Shown piece after piece: positions 8,444 through 17,993 of a stretch of 64,000 nt of DNA. Origin of the DNA: Myxococcota bacterium (lineage in GTDB: Bacteria > Myxococcota_A > UBA9160 > UBA4427); assembly GCA_036336835.1 (NCBI GenBank), contig JAYZFK010000088.1:28002-92001 (forward strand), given 5' to 3'. The notes under the pieces were generated by a model that saw only the letters and a list, made by a program, of their open reading frames with translations, had not been told where the DNA came from and did no database searches. Position 1 is the stretch's first letter, and each line of letters starts with the position of its first letter. Both the position numbers and the translations under genes were made by a program.

Positions 8444-9573
8444 GTCACGCTTCCCGGAACGCGCGCGTACAACGCGCGCAGGCGCTCGGTCTGTTGCCGC
8501 CAGTCGTTCTCGCTCGCGATCACCCGACCCCGCTCGCCGAGCGGCTTGCGCGCGGCGGGGTCGCACAGCCGGTCGAGTGCACGCGAGAAGCCCGCCGCGT
8601 CCTCGGGATCGTCGATTACGACGGCTGCTCCGGACAGCAGCTCGGCGGCGCCCGCGGTGGCGCTCAGCGCGCTCGGTAGTCCGCTGGCCGCGGCCTCCAG
8701 GCAGACCATGCCGAAGGCGTCGTAGCGCGTCGGCAGCAGCAGTGCGTCGACGGCGCGGTAGACGCGGTCGAGATCGCGCCGCGGGCCCAGGAAGCGGACC
8801 CGCGTTGCCACGCCGAGCCGGGCTGCGAGCCGTTGCCACGGCCGCCGGTCGTCGCGCCCTGCAACCCAGAGCCGCGCCCGGCTCGTCGTCATCCCGGCGA
8901 GCGCGCGCAGCGCAGTGTCCAGGCCCTTGCGACGCCAGCCGGAGCCTGCGAGCAGGAAGCGCGGTGCGTCGCTCGGGCACGCTGGATCGAGCTCGCTGCC
9001 CAGCGTGCGGCGCTCCGACCCGTCGCCCGGTGCGAACCGCGCGAGGTCCACGCCGTAGGGGACGCGGTGCAGCCGCTCGCGCGGCAGCCGGAAACGTTCC
9101 GCCAGCTCGCGTTCGACCAACGCCGAGACGCACTGCACGTGGAGGCCGGGTTCGGCAAAGATCCGCCGTTCGAGCCGCAGCTGTGCTGCGTGGCGCGGCG
9201 ACGCTCGCCGCCAGCGCGCGCCGCGCTCGCCGTAGCTGCGGCGCATGTAGTGCCAGTGGCTGCCCTCGCCGGTGTGGAACACGTCCGCACCCGGAACGCG
9301 GCTCCAGGCGTGGGCGAGATCGATGCGCCCCCCGCGCCGCGCATCGGCGATCCAGGCCGCGGCCCGACCGGCGAAGCGCAGGACGCGCGCGGGCTGCCAC
9401 AGCGTCGAGACGGGCAGCTCCACGACGGCGACCTGATGCGAGCGCTCGGCGCGCCGCGCGACCACCGTGACCGATTCGCCCGCCTCGGCGAGGGCGTGCG
9501 CGGTGAGCCATGCGGCGTGCTCGAGTCCGCCGCCGCCCGACTCGAAGCGCTCGACGATCAGCGCGATCCGCAA
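8440..9573 (-). CDS. GT4 glycosyltransferase (WaaG/RfaG-like)
   Basis: MRIALIVERFESGGGGLE, VPYGVD, RRKGLD, YDAFGMVCLEAAASGLP. Confidence 0.9.
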   Translation of the reverse strand: MRIALIVERFESGGGGLEHAAWLTAHALAEAGESVTVVARRAERSHQVAVVELPVSTLWQPARVLRFAGRAAAWIADARRGGRIDLAHAWSRVPGADVFHTGEGSHWHYMRRSYGERGARWRRASPRHAAQLRLERRIFAEPGLHVQCVSALVERELAERFRLPRERLHRVPYGVDLARFAPGDGSERRTLGSELDPACPSDAPRFLLAGSGWRRKGLDTALRALAGMTTSRARLWVAGRDDRRPWQRLAARLGVATRVRFLGPRRDLDRVYRAVDALLLPTRYDAFGMVCLEAAASGLPSALSATAGAAELLSGAAVVIDDPEDAAGFSRALDRLCDPAARKPLGERGRVIASENDWRQQTERLRALYARVPGSVT

Positions 9574-9792
9574 GCGGACGACTCACACCGGCGACTGCTG
9601 AGCGGGGCCGCGGCGACAGCGCAAGCCAAGCCGGGTCGTCGCTCGAAGGAGTGGCGATCGGCGCGTCGGCCGCTGCATCGATGCGACATGGCATCCGAGT
9701 GTATCCCGGGCCCCACGTCAGCGGCGAGTCCCCCTCGCCGCAGAACCGCTTGCGACCGGTGGTGTCTCACCCCCGGCTGCCCTCGCCACGGC

Positions 9793-9820
9793 TTGACGCG
9801 GGTCGCGGCCTTCGTATATT
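9793..9820 (+). promoter_or_regulatory. Sigma70-type promoter for the Gld-like ABC operon
   Basis: TTGACG (9793-9798), 16-nt spacer, TATATT (9815-9820); conspicuous in GC-rich DNA. Confidence 0.6.
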
Positions 9821-9910
9821 GCGCGCCGCCCGGCAAGATCCGCTGGGCCAGAGGACGAGGCCCACAGCGATGTCGCGATATCTTCGATTTCAGTCGCAGA
9901 GGTTGCAGGG

Positions 9911-10693
9911 ATGGGCGGGATGAGCGCTCCGGCAGCGGCCATCGAAGCCCGTGGCCTCAGCAAACGCTACGGCGATATCGTCGCCGTCGATGGCATCTCG
10001 TTCGAGGTCGGCAAGGGCGAGGTCGTCGGCTTCCTCGGCCCCAATGGCGCCGGAAAGACCACCACGCTGCGTATGTTGACGGGCTTCCTTCCGGCGAGCG
10101 ACGGCAGCGCGAGGATCGCCGGCCACGACATCTTCAGCGCGCCGCTCGACGCGCGGCGCAGTGTCGGATATCTGCCCGAGCTGCCGCCGCTGTACCCGGA
10201 GATGACCGTCGAGTCGTACGTCAGCTACGTCGCGAGCCTGAAGGAGGTGGCTCGCGCCGAGCGTCGCGACGCGGTCGCGCACGCGCTCGAGCGCTGTGGC
10301 CTGGCCGACGTCCGGAGCCGGGTGATTCGCGACCTCTCGAAGGGCTTCCGCCAGCGCGTCGGGCTGGCGCAGGCGATCGTGCACGACCCGCCGGTGCTCG
10401 TGTTCGACGAGCCCACCGTTGGTCTCGATCCGATCCAGATCCGCGAGATTCGCGGTCTGATCGCCGATCTGGCGGCGCCGCGCCACGGCGAGCAGCGCCA
10501 GACGGTGTTGCTGTCGACGCATATCCTGCCGGAGGTGTCTGCCATCTGCAGCCGGGTGATCCTGATCCACCGCGGACGCAAGGCGCTCGACCAGCCGCTC
10601 GACAGCCTGCTCTCGGAGCAGGGCAGCCTCGAGGAGGTGTTCAGCCGCGTTACCTCGGGCGACGAGGCCGAGCTGCCGGAGGCGAACGCATGA
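9911..10693 (+). CDS. ABC transporter ATP-binding protein (GldA-like)
   Basis: GPNGAGKTT, GYLPE, LSKGFRQRVGLAQA, DEPTVGLDP, STHILPEV. Alternative start at 9920. Confidence 0.92.
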   Translation: MGGMSAPAAAIEARGLSKRYGDIVAVDGISFEVGKGEVVGFLGPNGAGKTTTLRMLTGFLPASDGSARIAGHDIFSAPLDARRSVGYLPELPPLYPEMTVESYVSYVASLKEVARAERRDAVAHALERCGLADVRSRVIRDLSKGFRQRVGLAQAIVHDPPVLVFDEPTVGLDPIQIREIRGLIADLAAPRHGEQRQTVLLSTHILPEVSAICSRVILIHRGRKALDQPLDSLLSEQGSLEEVFSRVTSGDEAELPEANA

Positions 10694-11490
10694 AGCACGT
10701 TGGAGCGATCGCCGGTCGCGAGCTGCGTTCGTTCTTCACCTCTTCGGTGGCGTACGTGGTGCTCGCGCTGTGGGCTCTGCTGGCTGCGACCTTCTTCCTG
10801 GCAAGTGTGATCGCGTTCGACTCCGAAGTGTCGCGGCTGCAGCAATTCGGCGCCGTCGAGCAGCTCGAGCTGCTCAACCTCAATGACCACCTGATCGGAT
10901 CGTTCCTGTTTTCGATGTGGTTCCTGTCGATCTTCGCGTTTCCCGCGATAACGATGGGCTTGTTCGCGGCGGAGCGAGCCAACGGAACCGAGGAGCTGCT
11001 GCTGACCAGTCCGCTCACGATCTGGGAGATCGTGCTCGGCAAGTTCGTCGCAGGGGGAACCTTCGCCGCGGTCATGACCGCGGTGGCGGCGTTTTTTCCC
11101 GGCATGCTGTTCGCTTACGGGGACCCGGAGGTCGGCAAGACACTGGCCGGAGTGCTGGCGTTGTTCCTGGTGAGCCTGACCTACGTCGCGATCGGAGGCT
11201 TCGCCTCGTCATTGACGCGCAATCAGCTGGTGGCCTTCCTGGTCACGCTGGGGCTGCTGTTCCTGGTCGGGTTGATGATCCCTCAGCTCGTGGTCTTCGG
11301 GCTCGCGAGCGATGCGCTGAGCGGCCAGTCGGCGCTGGTCGAGGTGATGCGCTGGATCGGGACGGGCGATCACTTCGAGCGGATGCTCACCGGGTTGGTC
11401 GAGAGCCGCGACCTCGTCTACTTCGGTGTGGTGATCGCGGGCTTCCTGCTCTTGACCAAGACGGCCGTCGAATCGGTGAGGTGGCGCTGA
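10690..11490 (+). CDS. ABC-2 permease (GldF-like)
   Basis: RELRSFF, PAITMGLFAAERANGTEELLLTSP, IVLGKF, SSLTRNQ, RDLVYF; about 6 TM segments. Confidence 0.9.
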   Translation: MKHVGAIAGRELRSFFTSSVAYVVLALWALLAATFFLASVIAFDSEVSRLQQFGAVEQLELLNLNDHLIGSFLFSMWFLSIFAFPAITMGLFAAERANGTEELLLTSPLTIWEIVLGKFVAGGTFAAVMTAVAAFFPGMLFAYGDPEVGKTLAGVLALFLVSLTYVAIGGFASSLTRNQLVAFLVTLGLLFLVGLMIPQLVVFGLASDALSGQSALVEVMRWIGTGDHFERMLTGLVESRDLVYFGVVIAGFLLLTKTAVESVRWR

Positions 11491-11491
11491 G

Positions 11492-13072
11492 ATGACAGGT
11501 CTTGCGTCACTCCTCGGCGGCCTCGGCGCCGTGTTCCTGGGCTTCGGGCTGGTGCAGCTGCTGATCTGGATGTTCCAGCCGCTGACGGATCCGGCCTGGC
11601 TGTGGGGCCATCTGTTGTTCGGCACGGTGCTGCTGCTGGCTGCGGCGGGGATGAGTCTCGACGACCTCCGCGAGCGCATGCAGTCGGGAGAGGGGCGCCG
11701 GGCAGGGCGGTACGGCACCAGCGCGCTGCTCTCGGCCGCACTGGGCCTCGCGATCCTTGCCGGCGTCGCCTTCCTGTCCGAGCAGGATCAGTACTCGACG
11801 CGCTTCGACTGGACCGAGGACCACGTCCACTCGCTGTCCGAGCAGACCCGGCAGGTGCTCTCGTCGCTCGAGCAGGACGTCGACGTCCTGCTGTTGTCGG
11901 ATGTATTCGAGGAGGCGAGCTTCCGACCGCTGCTCGAACGCTATGCCCATGCGAGCGAGCGTGTGAAGCTCGAGTTCGCCGACCCGAACACCCGACCGGA
12001 CCTCGTCGAGGCGTACGGCCTGCAGGACACCGACCTGCGGCGCGGGCTGATCCGCGTGGCATACGGCGCAGCCTCGGTCGAGGTGACCGACTTCGACGAG
12101 AGCGGCGTCACCAACGCCATCGTCAAGCTCACGCGGGGCGGCGGCAAGCAGGTCTGCTTCAGCGAGGGCCACAACGAGCGCGTGGTACTCGGCGAGGGCG
12201 CTGCGGAAGCGCGCGGATTCGCGCGCGCCGCCACGGCGCTGCGCAACGAGACCTACGAAGTCGAGACGGTGCTGCTGGCGCAGACGGGCTCGGTGCCCGA
12301 GGATTGTGACGCGCTGGTGATCGCGGGAGCCACGCGGCCGTTGCTCGACATCGAGCACGAAGCGCTCGCTCGCTACCTCGAGGGCGGCGGTGCACTGCTG
12401 GTGCTGCTCGATCCGCGTTCCAACACGGATGTTGCGGCCGATCTCGAGAGCTGGGGTGTCGAAGTCGGGCAGGACGTCGTACTGGACCGCTCGCTGGCGC
12501 TGTTCGGCCGGGTCACCAGTCCGTTCGCAGCGGACTACGCGTCGGACCACCCGATCACCCGGGATTTCGCCGAGCCGTCGCTGTTCCACATGGCGCGCAG
12601 CCTGCGTCCTGGCGAGCAGGCAAACGACTTCGTGAGCCTGGTGTGGACGGGCGATGCGTCGTGGGCCGAGACCGATCTCACGACCTGGACCGAGCAGGGC
12701 ACGGCGGCCTACGACGAGGATGCCGATGCGCTCGGGCCGATTTCGCTGGCGGTCGCGGGCACGCCCAACCTCGGCGCCAGCGGCGAGCGCGAGCGCGAGC
12801 CGCGGCTCGTCGTCTTCGGCGACTCGGACTTCGCGACGAACGAGCTGATCGATGGGTTTCTGAATCGCGACTTGTTCGTCAACTCGGTTGCCTGGCTGCT
12901 CGGTGAGGCCGAGCACATCAGCGTGCGTCCCAACACGGCTCGGGCTTCCCGCTTCCAGCTCTCGGGTGAGCAGTTCGCCCGGATGCGCATGCTGTCGCTG
13001 TTCGTGCTGCCGGAGGCGATCGCCATCCTGGGCGTCTTCACCTGGTGGACGCGCCGCAGCACAGGCGGCTGA
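11492..13072 (+). CDS. GldG-family ABC auxiliary component
   Basis: RFDWTEDHVHSLSEQT, FSEGHNE, LVIAG, YLEGGG, RLVVFGDSDF, NRDLFVNSVAWL; N- and C-terminal TM segments. Confidence 0.88.
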   Translation: MTGLASLLGGLGAVFLGFGLVQLLIWMFQPLTDPAWLWGHLLFGTVLLLAAAGMSLDDLRERMQSGEGRRAGRYGTSALLSAALGLAILAGVAFLSEQDQYSTRFDWTEDHVHSLSEQTRQVLSSLEQDVDVLLLSDVFEEASFRPLLERYAHASERVKLEFADPNTRPDLVEAYGLQDTDLRRGLIRVAYGAASVEVTDFDESGVTNAIVKLTRGGGKQVCFSEGHNERVVLGEGAAEARGFARAATALRNETYEVETVLLAQTGSVPEDCDALVIAGATRPLLDIEHEALARYLEGGGALLVLLDPRSNTDVAADLESWGVEVGQDVVLDRSLALFGRVTSPFAADYASDHPITRDFAEPSLFHMARSLRPGEQANDFVSLVWTGDASWAETDLTTWTEQGTAAYDEDADALGPISLAVAGTPNLGASGEREREPRLVVFGDSDFATNELIDGFLNRDLFVNSVAWLLGEAEHISVRPNTARASRFQLSGEQFARMRMLSLFVLPEAIAILGVFTWWTRRSTGG

Positions 13073-13075
13073 GCC

Positions 13076-14515
13076 GTGAACCCGCGCAGCACGGGAGTGC
13101 TCGCCCTGGTGGCGCTCGCTCTGGGCGCCTTCATCTGGTTCTACGAGATCGAGGGGGAGGCCGAACGCAAGCGAGTCGCCGAAGCCGACAAGCGGCTGTT
13201 TGCCAACCTCGAGGCAAGCTCGATCGACTGGATCGCTCTCGAGACGACGGACGACGTGGCTGCGCGGGCCGAGCGCCGAGACGAGCGCTGGTGGCTTACT
13301 TCTCCGCTCGACTTCCCGGCCGATGCGGTTGCGCTCGATGCGATGGCCGGTGCGCTCGCCGATCTCACGCACGAGCAGGCGATCGAGTCCGGCCAGCCGC
13401 TCTCGGTCTACGGCCTCGCCGAGGACGCGCGAAGGGTCGAGTTCGCGACGTCGGGCGGTCGCTACGCGCTGCGCATCGGCAACAAGGCGCCCCTGGGATC
13501 CAACACCTACGTGGCGCGCGGGGTCGACGATGCGGTGTTCACGGTTCCGACGTGGCGCACCAACGCGCTGTCCGAAGAGCTGCTCGAGCTGCGCGACCGG
13601 CGCGTTCTCGCGTTCGATCTCGCGTCGGTGCGGCGGATTACGGCGAGCTGGCCCGGCGGGCGCGTGGTGGTCGAGCGCGACGGCGAGAGCTGGCGGCTGC
13701 GCGAGCCGCTCGACGGTCCCGCCGACGACGATCGAATCGAAGCGCTGCTGTCCGATCTCGTCTACCTGCGCACCGACGGCTTCATCGACGAGCCCCTCGA
13801 CGACGCACAGGCGCGTCTCGACCCGCCGGATTTCGCGGTCTCGCTCGAGCTGTCGTCGGACGTACCGGGTGCGGCGACGCGCACGATCCGCTTCGAGCTC
13901 GGACGCGTGTGGCGAGAGGAACAGCGACTGGCCCGCGGCTCGCACGAGACGCTGTACGCGCTCGCCGGCGACCGCATCGACGATTTTCCGCGCGAGCTCG
14001 TCGAGTACCGCGACCGTGAGCTGGCCCGGTTCGTCAGCTCGGAGGCCGCGTCGCTCGAGCTCGTGTTTGCGTCCGAGCTGGCGGACGCGGCCAGCGTCCG
14101 TGTCGAGGTCCGTCGCGACGGTGTCAGCTGGACCTCCCAGCCTCCGCTGCGGGAGGGCGTCGCGAGCGACCTGGTGGCGACGCTCGCGAACCTGAAGGCC
14201 GGAGAGATCCTGGCCGACGGATTGGGCGCGGCCGAACTCGCCGCGCTGGGCCTGTCGCCTGCAACCACCCGGATTCGCGTGCTCGGCCGCGCGGGTGCAC
14301 CTGACGACGCGCCCGCCGTGCTGGCAGAGCTGCTCCTCGGCCACTTCGACCCGCGCCGCGGCATCGTCGCGATGCGACCGGGCCGCGACGAGGTGTTCCG
14401 GCTCGAGACCGGGCTGGCAGAGAGCCTGCCCCGCGATCAGGCCGACTTCGAGAGCCGTTTCGTCGCCCCGGCCGAAGACTCGGACGACTCAGCGGCTGAC
14501 GAGTCGACCGGTTGA
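13076..14515 (+). CDS. DUF4340-domain periplasmic protein (repeated domains)
   Basis: N-terminal TM; repeated W.L..P...PAD, YGL, LRDR units; usual position after gldG. Confidence 0.8.
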   Translation: MNPRSTGVLALVALALGAFIWFYEIEGEAERKRVAEADKRLFANLEASSIDWIALETTDDVAARAERRDERWWLTSPLDFPADAVALDAMAGALADLTHEQAIESGQPLSVYGLAEDARRVEFATSGGRYALRIGNKAPLGSNTYVARGVDDAVFTVPTWRTNALSEELLELRDRRVLAFDLASVRRITASWPGGRVVVERDGESWRLREPLDGPADDDRIEALLSDLVYLRTDGFIDEPLDDAQARLDPPDFAVSLELSSDVPGAATRTIRFELGRVWREEQRLARGSHETLYALAGDRIDDFPRELVEYRDRELARFVSSEAASLELVFASELADAASVRVEVRRDGVSWTSQPPLREGVASDLVATLANLKAGEILADGLGAAELAALGLSPATTRIRVLGRAGAPDDAPAVLAELLLGHFDPRRGIVAMRPGRDEVFRLETGLAESLPRDQADFESRFVAPAEDSDDSAADESTG

Positions 14516-14552
14516 CCTTCAGCGAGGCCGACTGGCGGTGCGTCGAGCGCGC

Positions 14553-15347
14553 TCACGAAGGCCCCGCCAGGCGATAGAGTGCGCGGGCGTTGCGGGTGGT
14601 GAACGCTGCGACCTGCTCGACCGGAACGTCGTGAAGACGGGCAAGCGTCTGCCCGACGATCGGCACCCACGCGGGCTCGTTGCGACGGCCGCGGTGGCCC
14701 TCCGGTGCCAGGAAGGGTGCATCGGTCTCGATCATCAGCCGCTCGAGCGGCAGTCCGCGCGCGACGTCGCGCAAGGCGTCGCTGCGCTTGAAGGTGAGAA
14801 TGCCCGAGAACGACACGTAGAGGCCGTGCTCGACGGCGCGCCGTGCAAAGGCCAGCGAGCCGGTGTAGCAGTGCAGCACTCCCTCGAGGGTGTCGCCGCC
14901 CTCGGCCAGCCAGATCTCGAGCAACTCGTCGTAGGCGCTCTCGTCGTCGCCGCGCACGTGGATCGACACCGGCAGATCGAGCTCGCGGGCCAGTGCGATC
15001 TGCTCGGCGAGGACACTGCGCTGTGCCTCGCGCGGCGAGTTCATGTAGTGGTAGTCGAGCCCGCACTCTCCGACGGCGACCACCTCGTCGAGCGCGAGGC
15101 ACTTGCGCACGGCGGTCCGGCCCGCGTCGTCGAGCTCCGACGCTTCGTGCGGGTGGACGCCGGCGGTTGCGAAGATCCGGTCGTCGCGCTGCGCGAGTGC
15201 GGCGGCTTGGGCGTTGCCCGCCAGGCCGTAGCCCGAGCCGATTACCACCAGGGTCTCGACACCGGCCTCGCGTGCGCGCGCGATCGTCTCGTCGCGGTCG
15301 TGGGCGAACTTGTCGGCCGTCAGATGGCAGTGCGAGTCGAGCCACAT
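14553..15347 (-). CDS. tatD: TatD-family nuclease
   Basis: DSHCH, GVHPH, GECGLDY, VLHCY, ETDAPFLAP, RNEP. Confidence 0.95.
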   Translation of the reverse strand: MWLDSHCHLTADKFAHDRDETIARAREAGVETLVVIGSGYGLAGNAQAAALAQRDDRIFATAGVHPHEASELDDAGRTAVRKCLALDEVVAVGECGLDYHYMNSPREAQRSVLAEQIALARELDLPVSIHVRGDDESAYDELLEIWLAEGGDTLEGVLHCYTGSLAFARRAVEHGLYVSFSGILTFKRSDALRDVARGLPLERLMIETDAPFLAPEGHRGRRNEPAWVPIVGQTLARLHDVPVEQVAAFTTRNARALYRLAGPS

Positions 15348-15354
15348 CCGGGCG

Positions 15355-16908
15355 TCAGGCCTCGGACGTGTCGATGCGCGGGAACAGCGGCTTGCCCTTG
15401 GTGGTGGTCGAGCCCACGGCGATGCCGCCCCAGCCGGCGGCCTCGGGCAGCCGCTGGCCCTCGGGCGTGCCGGGGAGGCCGAGCCGCGACCACAGCTCGT
15501 CGCACTTCCTCGGAATGAACGGCGACAGCAGCAGTGTCACCAGACGCAGCGCCTCGCAGGCGTGGTACAGCGTGGTGCGCACCCGCTCGGCGAGCGCGGG
15601 ATCCTTCGCCGCCTTCCACGGCTCGCGCAGCTCGAGGTAGCGGTTGCCGGCGTCGATCGCTCGCTGCAGAGACTCGAGTGCCCGGTGCAGCTCCATGCCG
15701 CGAACGTGCTCGTCGACTGAGGCGGCGGCTTCGCCGAAGGCCTCCTGCAGTGCGCGCTCCGGATCTTCGATCGTGCCCGGCTCCGGAACGCGGGCATCCG
15801 CGAAGCGCCCCGTCATGTTGAGCGTGCGGCTCGCGAAGTTGCCCAGGTTGTTGGCCAGGTCCGCGTTGATGCGCGCGATCAGTGCCTCTTCGGTGAAGTT
15901 TGCGTCCACGCCCCAGCTCATCTCGCGCAGCAGGCAGTATCGGAAGGCCTCGAAGCCGTACTTCTCGTCCATCACGCGCGGCGAAATCATGTTGCCGAGC
16001 GACTTCGAAACCTTGCGCTCGTCGACGTTCCAGTACCCGTGCACGTTGATGTGGCGCGGCGGTTCGAGACCGATCACGTGGAGCATCGTCGGCCAGAAGA
16101 TGCCGTGCGGCTTCAGGATGTCTTTGCCGATCAAGTGCTCGGCGTTCTCCCAGGCGGCCGCGAAACCCTCGTCGGTCGGCCATCCGATCCCGGTCAGATA
16201 GTTGACCAGGGCGTCGAACCAGACGTAGCAGACGAAGCCGTCGTCGAATGGCAGCTCGATCCCCCACTCGAGTCGCGACTTGGGTCGTGAGATGCACAGG
16301 TCGCCGAGCCCCGCCTCCTCGCGCAGCATGCCGAGCACCTCGTTGCGGTAGCGCTCGGGGCGGATGAAGTCGGGGCGGTCCCGCAGGTACTGCTCGAGCC
16401 ACGCGAAGTGCTCGGTCATCTTGAAGAAGTAGTTGGACTCCGAGCGGGGGTCGGGCGCTCGCTCGTGATCGCGGCACAGTCCGTCCTGCATGTCGCGGTC
16501 GGTCAGGAAACGCTCGCAGCCGATGCAGTAGAGCCCCTCGTACTCCCGGAACTCGATTGCTCCAGCGTCGTAGACCTGCTGCAGGAAGTGCTGAACCGCG
16601 CGCACGTGATCCTCGTCGGTGGTGCGGATGAAGCGGTCGAAGCGGATGCCGACGGCGTTCCACGTCTCGCGGAACACCTGCGCATAGCGGTCGGTGATCT
16701 CGCGAGGAGTCACGTTCTCACGCTCGGCCGCCTCGAAGATCTTCTCGCCGTGCTCGTCACTGCCGGTCAAGAAGAACACGTCCTCGCCGCACAGTCGGTG
16801 GTAGCGCGCGAGCGTGTCGGCCACGCACGTCGTGTACGTGTGCCCGATGTGCGGGTCGCCGTTCATGTAGTAGATCGGGGTGGTGACGTAGAAGATCTTG
16901 CGACTCAT
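15355..16908 (-). CDS. metG: Methionine--tRNA ligase (short form, no C-terminal Trbp111 domain)
   Basis: YVTTPIYY, HIGH, LTGSDEHG, YVWFDAL, GKDI, KVSKSLGN. Confidence 0.97.
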   Translation of the reverse strand: MSRKIFYVTTPIYYMNGDPHIGHTYTTCVADTLARYHRLCGEDVFFLTGSDEHGEKIFEAAERENVTPREITDRYAQVFRETWNAVGIRFDRFIRTTDEDHVRAVQHFLQQVYDAGAIEFREYEGLYCIGCERFLTDRDMQDGLCRDHERAPDPRSESNYFFKMTEHFAWLEQYLRDRPDFIRPERYRNEVLGMLREEAGLGDLCISRPKSRLEWGIELPFDDGFVCYVWFDALVNYLTGIGWPTDEGFAAAWENAEHLIGKDILKPHGIFWPTMLHVIGLEPPRHINVHGYWNVDERKVSKSLGNMISPRVMDEKYGFEAFRYCLLREMSWGVDANFTEEALIARINADLANNLGNFASRTLNMTGRFADARVPEPGTIEDPERALQEAFGEAAASVDEHVRGMELHRALESLQRAIDAGNRYLELREPWKAAKDPALAERVRTTLYHACEALRLVTLLLSPFIPRKCDELWSRLGLPGTPEGQRLPEAAGWGGIAVGSTTTKGKPLFPRIDTSEA

Positions 16909-17828
16909 CGTGCGCCCCCGGCGGCCGTTTGCAGCGCGAACAATGCGCGCTCGGCGACCATCTGGGGGTTTGCGTTGCGCTGCGCGAGGTCCTTGCGACA
17001 GCGCTGCAGCGTGCGGAAGGCGGCGAGCTCGCCGTGCAGGTCACGCCGGCCTTCGCGCGCCGCCGCGGTCGCCCGCTCGCGCAGCCACTCGGCGCTGGTC
17101 GCGAGCAGCAGCTGCACGCCTTCGGCCGCGAGGGCGCGCTCGCCGCGATACTCCTCGGCCCAGTCGAGTAGCTCTGCTAGAGGCGCCTGCGACGCGCGGT
17201 CGAGGCGCAGGGCAATCGCGCGAACGGCTTCGGGCGCCGCGTCGCTGCGCAACGGCGCTGCCCGGGGAACCGGGAAGACCACGCGCTGGCAGCGCGAGCG
17301 GATGGTTACGAGCAGCCCGTTGACACTGGCGGTCGAGAGCAGCAGCGTGGTCTCGGGCGGCGGCTCCTCGAGCAGCCGCAGCAGAGCGTTCTGCGCCGCG
17401 TCGTTCATCTGCTCGGCGTCCGCGATCACCACCACCCGATGGCCGCCCTCGTGCGAGCCGAAGCGCAGGGCGGCTTGCAGGGCGCGCACCTGTTCGACGC
17501 GCACGCGGGTCGAGTCGCGGCCGCGGTCGACCCAGAACAGATCGGCGTGATCGCCGATATGGCGGAACAGCGGCCCGCGCTTGCCGGTGCCGTCGATCTC
17601 GATCGGCTTCTCGTCGGTCGCCGGACCGGCCGAGCGAACGCAAGCGCGACATGTCTCACAGGGCCGGCGGGCCGACTCGCTCGCGCTGCACACCAGGGCC
17701 CGCGCGAACTCGAGCGCAGCCTCGCGGGCGGCGTCTGCGTCGCCCGCGAGCAAGTACCCCGAGTGGATCCGGCGCCTCTCGAGCGAGCGTCGTAACAGGG
17801 TCATCGGCTCCGGAGCTGCCTGCGCCAT
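16905..17828 (-). CDS. holB: DNA polymerase III delta' subunit (compact)
   Basis: HSGYLLAG, Zn cluster C...CETCRAC, HADL, AAQNALLRLLEEPP, TIRSRCQ, C-terminal NANPQMVAE; directly upstream of metG. Confidence 0.85.
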   Translation of the reverse strand: MAQAAPEPMTLLRRSLERRRIHSGYLLAGDADAAREAALEFARALVCSASESARRPCETCRACVRSAGPATDEKPIEIDGTGKRGPLFRHIGDHADLFWVDRGRDSTRVRVEQVRALQAALRFGSHEGGHRVVVIADAEQMNDAAQNALLRLLEEPPPETTLLLSTASVNGLLVTIRSRCQRVVFPVPRAAPLRSDAAPEAVRAIALRLDRASQAPLAELLDWAEEYRGERALAAEGVQLLLATSAEWLRERATAAAREGRRDLHGELAAFRTLQRCRKDLAQRNANPQMVAERALFALQTAAGGAR

Positions 17829-17838
17829 GGCGCCGGCC

Positions 17839-17847
17839 AACGTAGCA
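17839..17847 (-). promoter_or_regulatory. Putative extended -10 (TGCTACGTT) 10 nt upstream of holB ATG
   Basis: TGn-TAnnnT with no SD between it and the start codon. Confidence 0.4.
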
Positions 17848-17993
17848 TCTCGCCCGCGGGGTTCGTGAGTCGGGAACCGACGCATCGGCGTGCCCGGTTG
17901 CGGTCGGAACTGCCACTCAAGTGCGCGGCCTCGTCTGCCGATCGTTTCCGGTGGGAGCGCCTGGGATGACTCCAGCGCGAGGAGGGAGCGAGA

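Noticed and set aside
8444-9694. Apparent 930-aa kinase ORF (6902-9694)
   Set aside because: The N-terminal ~415 aa is Arg/Ala-rich alternate-frame translation of the GT4 gene. The real start is the GTG at 8443 overlapping the GT stop.
8833-10689. 885-aa ORF apparently extending the GldF-like permease
   Set aside because: The extension overlaps the GT4 and ABC ATPase genes in other frames. The real start is the ATG at 10690.
11507-14344. 945-aa antisense ORF, and similar long shadow ORFs (35674-37689, 57596-60097, 19506-21341, 55123-56940)
   Set aside because: They overlap well-supported genes, mostly on the opposite strand, and show no motifs. Long stop-free frames are expected at this GC content.
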